A stretch of DNA of 64,000 nucleotides from a phage. Positions 1 to 8,868 of this stretch are shown here, in pieces; the first letter of the stretch is position 1, and each line of letters begins with the position of its first letter. Where the stretch lies: sequence record OZ470804.1; one strand, given 5' to 3'. A model generated the notes under the pieces. It worked only from the letters and a program-made list of their open reading frames with translations, ran no database searches and had not been told where the DNA came from. The translations under genes were made by a program, and so were the position numbers.

Positions 1-41
1 TCGTAGATAACTTAGAAAAAGCTTTTAAGGGGGAGAAATAA

Positions 42-407
42 ATGAAGTGGCTAGAGGAAGCTTTTAAAAATAATATTGGTGCAATTGTAGTTGGTATTTT
101 TAGTGTTATTGGGATGTATACCACGATGCAAGTCTCAAGTGGTAAGCAAGAAGTATCTGTCACAACAAAGTTACAGCAGCTAGATAATTATTCCAAAAGT
201 AACTATTCAGCTATTCGTGATTTACAGTCTGACATGAGACTGATTCAGCTAGGGATGGAGAACCAGAAAGTTCAGTTAGAGAATGTTAAGGGTGAAAACG
301 CAAAACTTACTAAAACCCTTGATAAATTCTCTGACAGTGTGAATAATCTGGCTCAATCGGTATCAGCCCTCCAAGCTATTACTGAGAAGAATACAAAAGA
401 ACACTGA
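42..407 (+). CDS. hypothetical membrane-anchored coiled-coil protein
   Basis: ORF with GGGGG RBS 8 nt upstream; N-terminal hydrophobic helix then Q/L-rich coiled-coil; followed by terminator at 421-448. Confidence 0.6.
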   Translation: MKWLEEAFKNNIGAIVVGIFSVIGMYTTMQVSSGKQEVSVTTKLQQLDNYSKSNYSAIRDLQSDMRLIQLGMENQKVQLENVKGENAKLTKTLDKFSDSVNNLAQSVSALQAITEKNTKEH

Positions 408-420
408 AAATAAAATTTTA

Positions 421-448
421 AGGCTCCTTTTTACGGGAGCCTTTTTTG
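421..448. terminator. bidirectional intrinsic terminator
   Basis: hairpin AGGCTCC..GGAGCCT followed by TTTTTT; A-run on the other side serves the convergent minus-strand thyA. Confidence 0.7.
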
Positions 449-451
449 TTT

Positions 452-1351
452 CTACTTACCTACTGACAAAGGTGCTTCAATCTTTCCTGCATGTTGGTAG
501 TTACTAATTCCACCGATAAAGTCACTTGCAGTAAGATGTTTCAGGTCACTTAAAGTATTAAGTTGTAGACCAATCTCAAAAGTTGGTGCATGGAACTCTT
601 CATTGTTCATCAGTTCATAAACCTGCTTCATATGATTCTGATAAATCTGAGTATCTCCAAAGACACCTATCAAGTATCGTGGAGTATACCCAGTCATCTT
701 GCAAAGAACTTCCAGAATAAAACCATAAGATGCAATGTTAAACGGAAGTCCTAAAAAGGTGTCTACAGAACGTTGATACCATTGTAAGTCAACTTCACCT
801 TCGTTAGTGATATAAATCTGAAACAGTACATGGCAAGGTGCTAAAGCCATAGAGTTAGCTGCAATATCTGCTGCATTCCAAGCATTAACAAGCATGTAGC
901 GGTCTGTGATATCACCCTTCATCTTCGTTACTAAGGTCTCTAACTGGTCTACAACACAACCATTATGACCTTCAAAGTTTCTCCACTGAACTCCATAGAT
1001 TCTCCCACCTGCATCCTCTAACCAATCTTGTTCAGAAGAATAATTAGAGCTTAACCAACGTTTAAAATCATCTGACCAGATAGTCCAGCGTTCTCCGTCA
1101 TTTTCACCCCAAGTACGGTAACGAAGTTCACCCAGCTTATTCTCACCATTCAGGAACCATAAAGCTTCCCCAATAACTTGCCGTGTAAACACCTGTTTAG
1201 ATGTTAAGAGTGGGAAACCAGTTCTCATATCAAAACGAAATTGTGGTGGAGCAAATGCAGAGATAACGTCTCCAGTTCGTGTAGTACGCAGTTCACCAAC
1301 GGATAGAACATGGTTCAGAATATTTTTGTAACTTGAATCTGCTTGTGACAT
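452..1351 (-). CDS. thyA: thymidylate synthase
   Basis: RTGFPLLTSK, ALAPCH, YQRSVDTFLGLPFNIASY, GDTQIYQNH motifs match ThyA active-site signature. Confidence 0.9.
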   Translation of the reverse strand: MSQADSSYKNILNHVLSVGELRTTRTGDVISAFAPPQFRFDMRTGFPLLTSKQVFTRQVIGEALWFLNGENKLGELRYRTWGENDGERWTIWSDDFKRWLSSNYSSEQDWLEDAGGRIYGVQWRNFEGHNGCVVDQLETLVTKMKGDITDRYMLVNAWNAADIAANSMALAPCHVLFQIYITNEGEVDLQWYQRSVDTFLGLPFNIASYGFILEVLCKMTGYTPRYLIGVFGDTQIYQNHMKQVYELMNNEEFHAPTFEIGLQLNTLSDLKHLTASDFIGGISNYQHAGKIEAPLSVGK

Positions 1352-1352
1352 A

Positions 1353-1898
1353 TCAAAAGTGTCCTTTTACTTGTGGAACATAAATTTCAAAGGTTGCTTT
1401 ACCATCATCTGAGGGTCTTGACTGCACCTTTGCAAATACACGGCTATCATACAATTTATCGAAGAAGTTTTCAAAAGGTAAATACACAGTGGCCTCTTCA
1501 GTGACTTTATGGAAAACTGTATGGAAAACTACACCAGCATACGGCAAAGCATCGACAAGAACACCTGCACCACCAATTACAAAGACATCTTCATCAATAG
1601 AGCTGTCAAGATACTTCAAAAATGCTCCAAAGGATTCTTTACTAGCCTTAGCATACATTACATCGTCTTTGTCAAAGTCTATACCCAAATATGGAACAGA
1701 GTTCGTTAAGACGAGGTTTGTACGTTCTGGTAATGGTTTACTACCCAGAGTCTTAAAAGTTTCATTACCCATTACTACTAAGTTATCTTTAGTGAGTCTC
1801 TTAAACTCTTGCATATCTTGCTTATGTCGAGGCCACGGCATACCAGTTGGAGTACCAAACTCCCCATTTTCACCACTTGCAAAGATTAATTTAATCAT
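1353..1898 (-). CDS. frd: dihydrofolate reductase
   Basis: MIKLIFA..G.P.GMPW N-terminus and VIGGAGVL.DALPYA motif typical of DHFR; adjacent to thyA. Confidence 0.8.
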   Translation of the reverse strand: MIKLIFASGENGEFGTPTGMPWPRHKQDMQEFKRLTKDNLVVMGNETFKTLGSKPLPERTNLVLTNSVPYLGIDFDKDDVMYAKASKESFGAFLKYLDSSIDEDVFVIGGAGVLVDALPYAGVVFHTVFHKVTEEATVYLPFENFFDKLYDSRVFAKVQSRPSDDGKATFEIYVPQVKGHF

Positions 1899-2155
1899 TT
1901 TGTAAACCCTTTCTTAATAAACCAGTTGATAACATTCTTCACAGCTTTATTGCTATGGTAGATTAGGTGTGGTGTAGGTTGGTATGAACCATAAGCCCAG
2001 AATGATAGCTGCTCACCACAATCAACACATGTCGTACTCTCTTCAGCTATATGACCATTAACAATCACATGAACTTCACCTTGTAAATCTGTACACCCAC
2101 AATGTGGACATCGGATAGGCGTCCCATCAGACTCATAGCAGTGTTCGATTTCCAT
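1895..2155 (-). CDS. zinc-ribbon protein (hypothetical)
   Basis: CPHCGC..CVDCGE cysteine pairs; ORF abuts DHFR. Confidence 0.5.
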   Translation of the reverse strand: MEIEHCYESDGTPIRCPHCGCTDLQGEVHVIVNGHIAEESTTCVDCGEQLSFWAYGSYQPTPHLIYHSNKAVKNVINWFIKKGFTK

Positions 2156-2671
2156 TTACTTAACCTCAAAAACTGGCTCAAGAACCAATATAAAGTCTAC
2201 ACAGTCATCTTCTTCATCCAGAATACCATCAAAGTTCTTAGGAATGAAGTCAAAGAGGCTCATAACAAAACAGTCAGAAGTAACCCTTATAGTTCCTCCC
2301 ATGTTCTCTACAGTTAACACTGTACGACTTTCTTTTACCTCCCTCAGAAGATTACCCACAAAGTCATCTAAGAAGTACTTCATCAATGACTTAAAACCTT
2401 TAGGGTAATCTGTACCAGAGTATGTTTCAATCTGAGGCACAAGCTTAGCATTTATACTAGTCTTTGTTAAGAACGTTTTAGAGAACATACTATCAGGTAA
2501 CTTACAAACAGTCTTTCCAGTACCTTCATGTTCAATCTCAACAAAACCAGCTTCATCGCCACATGTAACTATTTTAAAAGATGCTTCATTCTCATACTGT
2601 GAAGTCATAAACTTTTTAAGCATCTCTTTAAGGAAATCTGCATGAGCATCTTGTAAGTAGATATCAATCAT
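2156..2671 (-). CDS. hypothetical protein
   Basis: 171 aa ORF in co-oriented gene block, start codon at stop of neighbour. Confidence 0.5.
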   Translation of the reverse strand: MIDIYLQDAHADFLKEMLKKFMTSQYENEASFKIVTCGDEAGFVEIEHEGTGKTVCKLPDSMFSKTFLTKTSINAKLVPQIETYSGTDYPKGFKSLMKYFLDDFVGNLLREVKESRTVLTVENMGGTIRVTSDCFVMSLFDFIPKNFDGILDEEDDCVDFILVLEPVFEVK

Positions 2672-2684
2672 AGTTAATCACCTA

Positions 2685-3044
2685 TTATGGGAACAAACAC
2701 TTAATGTCATCGTTTTTGAAAACGAAACTTGTGTAGTTGTGACCATCAACATCTAGCCAAACAGCCTGAACATCTACACCATCAAGATTCTGGTAAAGCT
2801 CTTTGATGAAGTGGTCTTTCACAATCTGGCTACTAGTTGTTTCCAGCTTAATGTTGGAGATTGCTGAACCTACAGCCATATATCCCATGACACGTTTCTT
2901 CTCAGTATGTTTAATCTTACCATCTTTGTAAGCCATAATGAGATTGGAGAGAATCTTCACACCATAATACTTTTCAAGGTGAGTAGGTACACCATAAAAG
3001 CCTAATGCAAAGTTTTCAGAGTGGATAATGTTTTCACGTTTCAT
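2685..3044 (-). CDS. hypothetical protein
   Basis: 119 aa ORF in co-oriented gene block. Confidence 0.5.
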   Translation of the reverse strand: MKRENIIHSENFALGFYGVPTHLEKYYGVKILSNLIMAYKDGKIKHTEKKRVMGYMAVGSAISNIKLETTSSQIVKDHFIKELYQNLDGVDVQAVWLDVDGHNYTSFVFKNDDIKCLFP

Positions 3045-3045
3045 A

Positions 3046-3375
3046 TTAGTCTGCCAACCTTAAATTGAAATTAACACCAAATTTTTCACACACTTCCAAC
3101 ATATACTCAAGGGAAACATTCCCAGTGAGGTGGATTATGTTGGATACACGAGCCTGAGAGATACCACAAATTTTAGCAACTTGCTCTTGAGAAAGACCTC
3201 TGGATTTAATCTCTCTCTTAAAACGATGTGCAACGAAGTCTCTCATTTCGTCTACATCCATTGGACAAATATAACTCTCCATTTCAGCCTCTCTATCAGC
3301 CTCCCAATCATCTTGTGGGGCATAAGGGTCAAAAACCTCATTCATCTTTCTTCTTCCGTTTGCGTGAAGTGTCAA
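3046..3375 (-). CDS. HTH (XRE-like) DNA-binding protein
   Basis: GLSQEQVAKICGISQARVSNIIH helix-turn-helix motif; alternative start at 3345 would remove overlap with next ORF. Confidence 0.5.
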   Translation of the reverse strand: MTLHANGRRKMNEVFDPYAPQDDWEADREAEMESYICPMDVDEMRDFVAHRFKREIKSRGLSQEQVAKICGISQARVSNIIHLTGNVSLEYMLEVCEKFGVNFNLRLAD

Positions 3376-3550
3376 TCAATGAATCTATGTTTGTAGCCCT
3401 AACCTTTTCACGTTCATCGTTAAGATAATCGTCAAGAGCCTTTTCAATCTGTGAATCATCTTGACAGATAACTGTAAAGACTGTAAAGCCGTCTGTATCG
3501 TCAATTATCTTACCATAACCGCTTCTGGGATGTAACTTTTTAAGAGCCAT
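3338..3550 (-). CDS. hypothetical protein
   Basis: 70 aa ORF, basic C-terminus. Confidence 0.4.
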   Translation of the reverse strand: MALKKLHPRSGYGKIIDDTDGFTVFTVICQDDSQIEKALDDYLNDEREKVRATNIDSLIDTSRKRKKKDE

Positions 3551-3551
3551 A

Positions 3552-3935
3552 TCAAATACCTGTGCAGCTTCTGTTTTCTAAGAAATATTCAACACCATAC
3601 ATAGCTTTTTGCATCAAATCTTCTTTAAACTGGATACGATGATTGAGCATAACCTGTACATCAATATCATCATGGTGTTTCTCTTTAATATTTGCAGATT
3701 GCAGGAAATACTCTGCAAGAACGCGATACTGGTAGTCAGTCACCTTATCAGTCATCTCTGTCAAAGACTCTTCAGAGATTGGTTTAAGTAACTCGCCTTT
3801 AGATAGCGCAACACCTTTTACAATCTGGCAAGTGTCTTCTGAAACACCTGATAAGTCCACATTGGGAAGTTCTGTTGCACTAACTGGTAAACTCATTGCC
3901 ATAACCGTTGCAGCAGCTAATAAAATCTTTTTCAT
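3552..3935 (-). CDS. secreted hypothetical protein
   Basis: N-terminal signal peptide MKKILLAAATVMAMSLPVSA. Confidence 0.5.
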   Translation of the reverse strand: MKKILLAAATVMAMSLPVSATELPNVDLSGVSEDTCQIVKGVALSKGELLKPISEESLTEMTDKVTDYQYRVLAEYFLQSANIKEKHHDDIDVQVMLNHRIQFKEDLMQKAMYGVEYFLENRSCTGI

Positions 3936-4297
3936 AATGACCTCAAAGTTATATTAAATTTTGTATTACATTGAGTATAAAAATAAGCTATAACACCTGA
4001 CTTGTCAACAGATTTTATAGCTTATTTGGCAGATTTTTTATAAGGCTACTGCCATCCTTCCATACCGAACCGTGCCTAACCTGACCATGCCACACCTTAC
4101 AATACCAAACATTACTTAAAAACCCTCTTAGAAGACTCTTAAGTGATGTAATCGAATTTTAATGTAGCTCCGATTAACTACCCATACCTGACCAGACCTT
4201 GCCAAACCTTACCTCACCCAACTACACCGAACCTCATTAAAAGACCCTCTTAAAAGACCTTTTAAAAAGGAGCCTCCGAAGAGGCTACCTAGTCAAC
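3936..4297. repeat. structured intergenic leader, copy 1 (paralog of 5344-5772)
   Basis: shares modules GGCAGATTTTTTATAAGGCTACTGCCATCCTTCCATAC, TTTTAATGTAGCT-loop hairpin and C/A-rich G-poor tracts with the second copy. Confidence 0.7.
4262..4287 (-). terminator. intrinsic terminator (minus strand)
   Basis: hairpin AGCCTC-CGAA-GAGGCT with A-run on plus strand (T-run on minus) just downstream of ORF 4298-4738. Confidence 0.55.
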
Positions 4298-4738
4298 TTA
4301 GAAAGGTTTTCTACGTTGCTTGTTAATGTTAGCTTTCATAGCAGCTAAATGGTTTTGCTGTTCAATCAGTCGTGAACGTTCTTGATGACTAAGCGCCATA
4401 GTGTTCACATTCTCAATTGCTTGAGTGGCTTGCTTTAAAGCTCGACCAATCTTACCAGACATTTTGCGTTTTGCAATAGTTGCTTGATGCTTAGGTTCAA
4501 CCACACGATAACCAACACCCATTGAAGCAACCAGATAAATCTTCTCTTCTTTAAGAAGCTTTTCAATAAACTTCTCAAGTCGGTTTAGACGTGTAAGTGC
4601 ATAAGCCTTCATTTCATCTTCGTACTTAACAATGTCGCCTTGATAAGTTGGCTTCACAATACCTAAGAAGGTATCCATCTCAGAGTGTGATACAGTGTCA
4701 CCGTAACTAAACTTTGCTGCTAATGCTTTTGTATTCAT
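4298..4738 (-). CDS. hypothetical protein
   Basis: 146 aa ORF. Confidence 0.5.
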   Translation of the reverse strand: MNTKALAAKFSYGDTVSHSEMDTFLGIVKPTYQGDIVKYEDEMKAYALTRLNRLEKFIEKLLKEEKIYLVASMGVGYRVVEPKHQATIAKRKMSGKIGRALKQATQAIENVNTMALSHQERSRLIEQQNHLAAMKANINKQRRKPF

Positions 4739-4740
4739 AA

Positions 4741-5772
<1,032 letters not shown>

Positions 5773-5961
5773 TCAACAACTTTCTAATAAAGTTTTATGA
5801 AGATTTTGCTTAACGACCCGCCTCACATGCCTGTGCTCTTTCTTAATAAAGAGTGACCTCTTCTTGATAGAGCGCCTATTCTTGTAAGTGTTGCTAGGGT
5901 ACTTATCATGAACCGGACAACAGCCACCCGGATTTGTAAACTTGATAATCTCTCTTTTCAC
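5773..5961 (-). CDS. small basic hypothetical protein
   Basis: 62 aa ORF abutting ligase gene; highly basic, low complexity. Confidence 0.3.
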   Translation of the reverse strand: MKREIIKFTNPGGCCPVHDKYPSNTYKNRRSIKKRSLFIKKEHRHVRRVVKQNLHKTLLESC

Positions 5962-7100
5962 TATTCATAATCCCTAATAACTAGCCCAACAGGGAACTGT
6001 AAAGACCCCTTACGAGTCATCTTCTGGAACTGAACCGTTAAAGGCTTCCCGATAAACTCTTCAGGATGCTCAGCAAGATACTGTTTCTTCTCGTGTGTAG
6101 TTTTCCATGAAACATCTACAAAGACGTTAGGAAGAGTCTCTACAACGAACTTGCCATGACCACGCTTATCAGTCTTTACACCAGTCACTTTAAACTCTTC
6201 AGTGTGCATCTTCTTGTGCTTAATCAAGAAGTATGAACGGTGACAACACTCGTAGAAGGAGTCTTCAGAGATTGAGCGGTACATTGCACCTTCAAACTCA
6301 GCTTCAACCCACTTATCATGAGCTTCATCAAACTCTTCCCAAGAATTTACACGACGAGACTTAACAGGAACAACTTTACAGCCATCTCTAAAGTCATTCA
6401 ATGGTGAAGTCTCAATAATATCTCTACGCTCAGGCCACGTCTTAGTGCTGTCACAGATATCATACCAGTAAAACTTGAGTAAATGTCGGTCAGGATTGTC
6501 TTCATTTTTAATCATGGAGACAATATCTTCTAAATCCAACCCATGAGCATAGATTTCACCATCAAATTCATCAACGTCTTTATGGAGCCTCAACATTGCC
6601 ATAATGTCAGGTATTAGTTCAGTAGGAATTTTATAAATAGTGTTCTCACGAGAATATGCTGTAAATACACTGCCAATACTTAAGTGTCTTGAAATTCTAC
6701 AACGTACACCATCCAGTTTTGGTTGAGCATCAGCAGGGAACTTCAAATACTTTGCATGACTAACCTTTGCAGCATCATGAGCAAGCTGTACACCTACCTT
6801 CTCAGTATTCTGTGCAGACTCTTTTGTGTAAGCATAACCTTTACGGTCAACTTGCTTTTTATACTTAGCAGAAACTTCAAAGAGAGCTTGCTGTTCAGCA
6901 TTACGCTCATTCTTTTTACCGATGTTTTTAGGTTCTGCTGTATACTCTTCAAACATCATCTTGCCATTTTCTTTACCGTAGGTTGTAATAACTTTGTCAC
7001 CTACAGCGACACATGACCAGACGTTGAAAGAACCATCTTTATTTTGTTTGTACAGAATTGTCATTTTTAACCTCTGAGTGATACCAAGTGTAACAAGCAT
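5961..7100 (-). CDS. ATP-dependent DNA ligase
   Basis: motif I PKLDGVRC, motif III FDGEIYA, motif IV EGAMYRS, motif V LIKHKK in order; about 100 aa N-terminal extension before motif I. Confidence 0.8.
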   Translation of the reverse strand: MLVTLGITQRLKMTILYKQNKDGSFNVWSCVAVGDKVITTYGKENGKMMFEEYTAEPKNIGKKNERNAEQQALFEVSAKYKKQVDRKGYAYTKESAQNTEKVGVQLAHDAAKVSHAKYLKFPADAQPKLDGVRCRISRHLSIGSVFTAYSRENTIYKIPTELIPDIMAMLRLHKDVDEFDGEIYAHGLDLEDIVSMIKNEDNPDRHLLKFYWYDICDSTKTWPERRDIIETSPLNDFRDGCKVVPVKSRRVNSWEEFDEAHDKWVEAEFEGAMYRSISEDSFYECCHRSYFLIKHKKMHTEEFKVTGVKTDKRGHGKFVVETLPNVFVDVSWKTTHEKKQYLAEHPEEFIGKPLTVQFQKMTRKGSLQFPVGLVIRDYE

Positions 7101-7257
7101 TACATGCGTAAAGCTCTAAGTCATTTTTATCTGGTTTATGGAAACAGTTTGACCCACAACGACATCGGAATAGTTTACCATCAACACGAAGAATGAATGT
7201 TTCAAGCTCACCATCTTCTGTAAGAACTGCGTTCTTAAATTTATCTTCTACAGTCAT
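7039..7257 (-). CDS. zinc-finger protein (hypothetical)
   Basis: CRCGSNC..CNAC cysteine pairs; overlaps ligase 5' end so one of the two starts is probably shorter. Confidence 0.4.
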   Translation of the reverse strand: MTVEDKFKNAVLTEDGELETFILRVDGKLFRCRCGSNCFHKPDKNDLELYACNACYTWYHSEVKNDNSVQTK

Positions 7258-7460
7258 TTTCTCTTACCACCAATCTCTACGTCAATCACTTGAACATCAC
7301 CAGCAACATCAAACTTATGAATGATGCTTTCCACAGTGTAAGTCCAACCCTCGATGCGAACCAATTCACCTTCTCGTGGAACTATTGGGTTACGTTGGGC
7401 TACGGTTGTAGTGGAGTGAACAACATCATAACAATAGATATAGTTTACTAGGACTTCCAT
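7254..7460 (-). CDS. hypothetical protein
   Basis: ORF-track ORF 7254-7559 trimmed to internal Met to avoid overlap with lipoprotein gene. Confidence 0.35.
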   Translation of the reverse strand: MEVLVNYIYCYDVVHSTTTVAQRNPIVPREGELVRIEGWTYTVESIIHKFDVAGDVQVIDVEIGGKRK

Positions 7461-7470
7461 CGTGAAAACC

Positions 7471-7707
7471 TCACTCAATAACCGTAGTGTGCGATTGACC
7501 ATTTTTGCCATAGCTATAAGATGTTGTTGTTTGAGAGTTTGGACATCTGACAACAACAATATCCCTGCTTATGGCATCACCATGTAACTTATAGACTTTG
7601 CAATCTTGCATCTCTGGTGGGAGGCTATAAGAAGCGTTTTTGTCCTCGTAAGAGGGATTACAGCCAGATAGAAAGATAACACTAAGCACAATTACTACTT
7701 TCCACAT
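7471..7707 (-). CDS. lipoprotein
   Basis: MWKVVIVLSVIFLSGC lipobox signal peptide. Confidence 0.55.
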   Translation of the reverse strand: MWKVVIVLSVIFLSGCNPSYEDKNASYSLPPEMQDCKVYKLHGDAISRDIVVVRCPNSQTTTSYSYGKNGQSHTTVIE

Positions 7708-7894
7708 AATACTTCTCCTATTTACTGTTCACGATGTTCTACTTCTCTGTACGTTCGTCGATAGTTTATAATAAGCTGTGCTAATTCGTTGCTTTTAACA
7801 TCTGAACGTAGCAGTTGCCAATCAAAACCTTTACCGACTCTTCCATATAAACTAAAGAATTTTACTTTGCGTTTCATTTTGGTGTTCCCAATAC

Positions 7895-8122
7895 TCAGAG
7901 GTCAACGCTAATACGTTCACCCTTAAGGACTCCTGTACGGTCTCTTGCAATCTTACCGTCAACAATAAGGATATGCGCAGACTTTAAAGATTCACTATTA
8001 AAACCTTTTACGAACTTACTAGGCATCACCACAATAAGCATCTCTTGAATCAACTCTGGAGTGTAGCAATTATCGTGAAGTTGCTGAATAACGTCTGCAA
8101 GTGTCATTTTTGATGTCTCCAA
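7895..8122 (-). CDS. hypothetical protein
   Basis: 75 aa ORF. Confidence 0.45.
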   Translation of the reverse strand: METSKMTLADVIQQLHDNCYTPELIQEMLIVVMPSKFVKGFNSESLKSAHILIVDGKIARDRTGVLKGERISVDL

Positions 8123-8313
8123 TATTCAATATCAATAAGTTCTTGTGCAATGCTTTTCAGATTACCTTTCAAGAAAACCTTCTCAGAACCTGAAAGAGAT
8201 GAATTGTCAATTAACCTGTTCATTCTCTCAAACAACTTCTGCTTACGGTTCTTGATAGTTTCCTTTGAAGCACCTTTCATCATTGCTGCATGGGTTCTTC
8301 CACGGTGGCTCAT
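8104..8313 (-). CDS. hypothetical protein
   Basis: 69 aa ORF, basic. Confidence 0.4.
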   Translation of the reverse strand: MSHRGRTHAAMMKGASKETIKNRKQKLFERMNRLIDNSSLSGSEKVFLKGNLKSIAQELIDIEYWRHQK

Positions 8314-8364
8314 AAGCCCTCCTATATAAGATATAGTATAAGGTACTCTTCCATGAGAACCTTG

Positions 8365-8868
8365 TCAACTTAGTTTTGCAAACTCTCCGTGGAGTTTTAC
8401 AGCAGCTTCACAGTAAGCTTTATGGGCTTCTTCTGGTGTGTCAAATAAACCAAGTGATGTCCTTTTACCTCTGCATGTTATAGCTGCCCTCCACTTATTA
8501 CAGTCTTTAAAGTAATGTACACCCTTGTAACCTGATTTATTAGTCGTCTGCTTTATTCTATTTTGTGCATTTCCGTATTTATCAGTCTCCCTAAGATTAG
8601 AAATGTGATTATTACTTCTGTTACCATCAATGTGGTCTATCATCTTAGTGGGTTTGTAACCATGTTCGAACCACCAAACGAGGTGATGAATTTTTATTAC
8701 GACATCTTTGAATTTAAGTACTTTGTAACCGTAAGCATCAGCACCTCCTGCAATCTGCCCAGCTTTAGCTTGTCTATTCCTGTCATACTTGTTGTAGAAG
8801 ACCCCTTTGTCGGGGTCGTAAATAAAATTATCCTTGTAATCTTGAAGTGTTAGTGTACGGCGTACCAT
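8365..8868 (-). CDS. HNH homing endonuclease with AP2 DNA-binding domain
   Basis: HNH motif DHIDGNRSNNHISNLRE plus AP2-like SGYKGVHYF..WRAAI; sits immediately downstream of polymerase gene. Confidence 0.75.
   Translation of the reverse strand: MVRRTLTLQDYKDNFIYDPDKGVFYNKYDRNRQAKAGQIAGGADAYGYKVLKFKDVVIKIHHLVWWFEHGYKPTKMIDHIDGNRSNNHISNLRETDKYGNAQNRIKQTTNKSGYKGVHYFKDCNKWRAAITCRGKRTSLGLFDTPEEAHKAYCEAAVKLHGEFAKLS

Noticed and set aside
1489-1905. Plus-strand ORFs inside minus-strand thyA/frd (1489-1905, 1509-1709)
   Set aside because: Antisense shadow ORFs within genes that have strong motif support
3046-3375. HTH protein as evidence of a lysogeny module
   Set aside because: No integrase, excisionase or repressor/operator arrangement in the window; gene content is that of a virulent phage
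7722-7877. 51 aa minus-strand ORF in the 7708-7894 gap
   Set aside because: Below the size cutoff with weak RBS; kept as a possibility, not called
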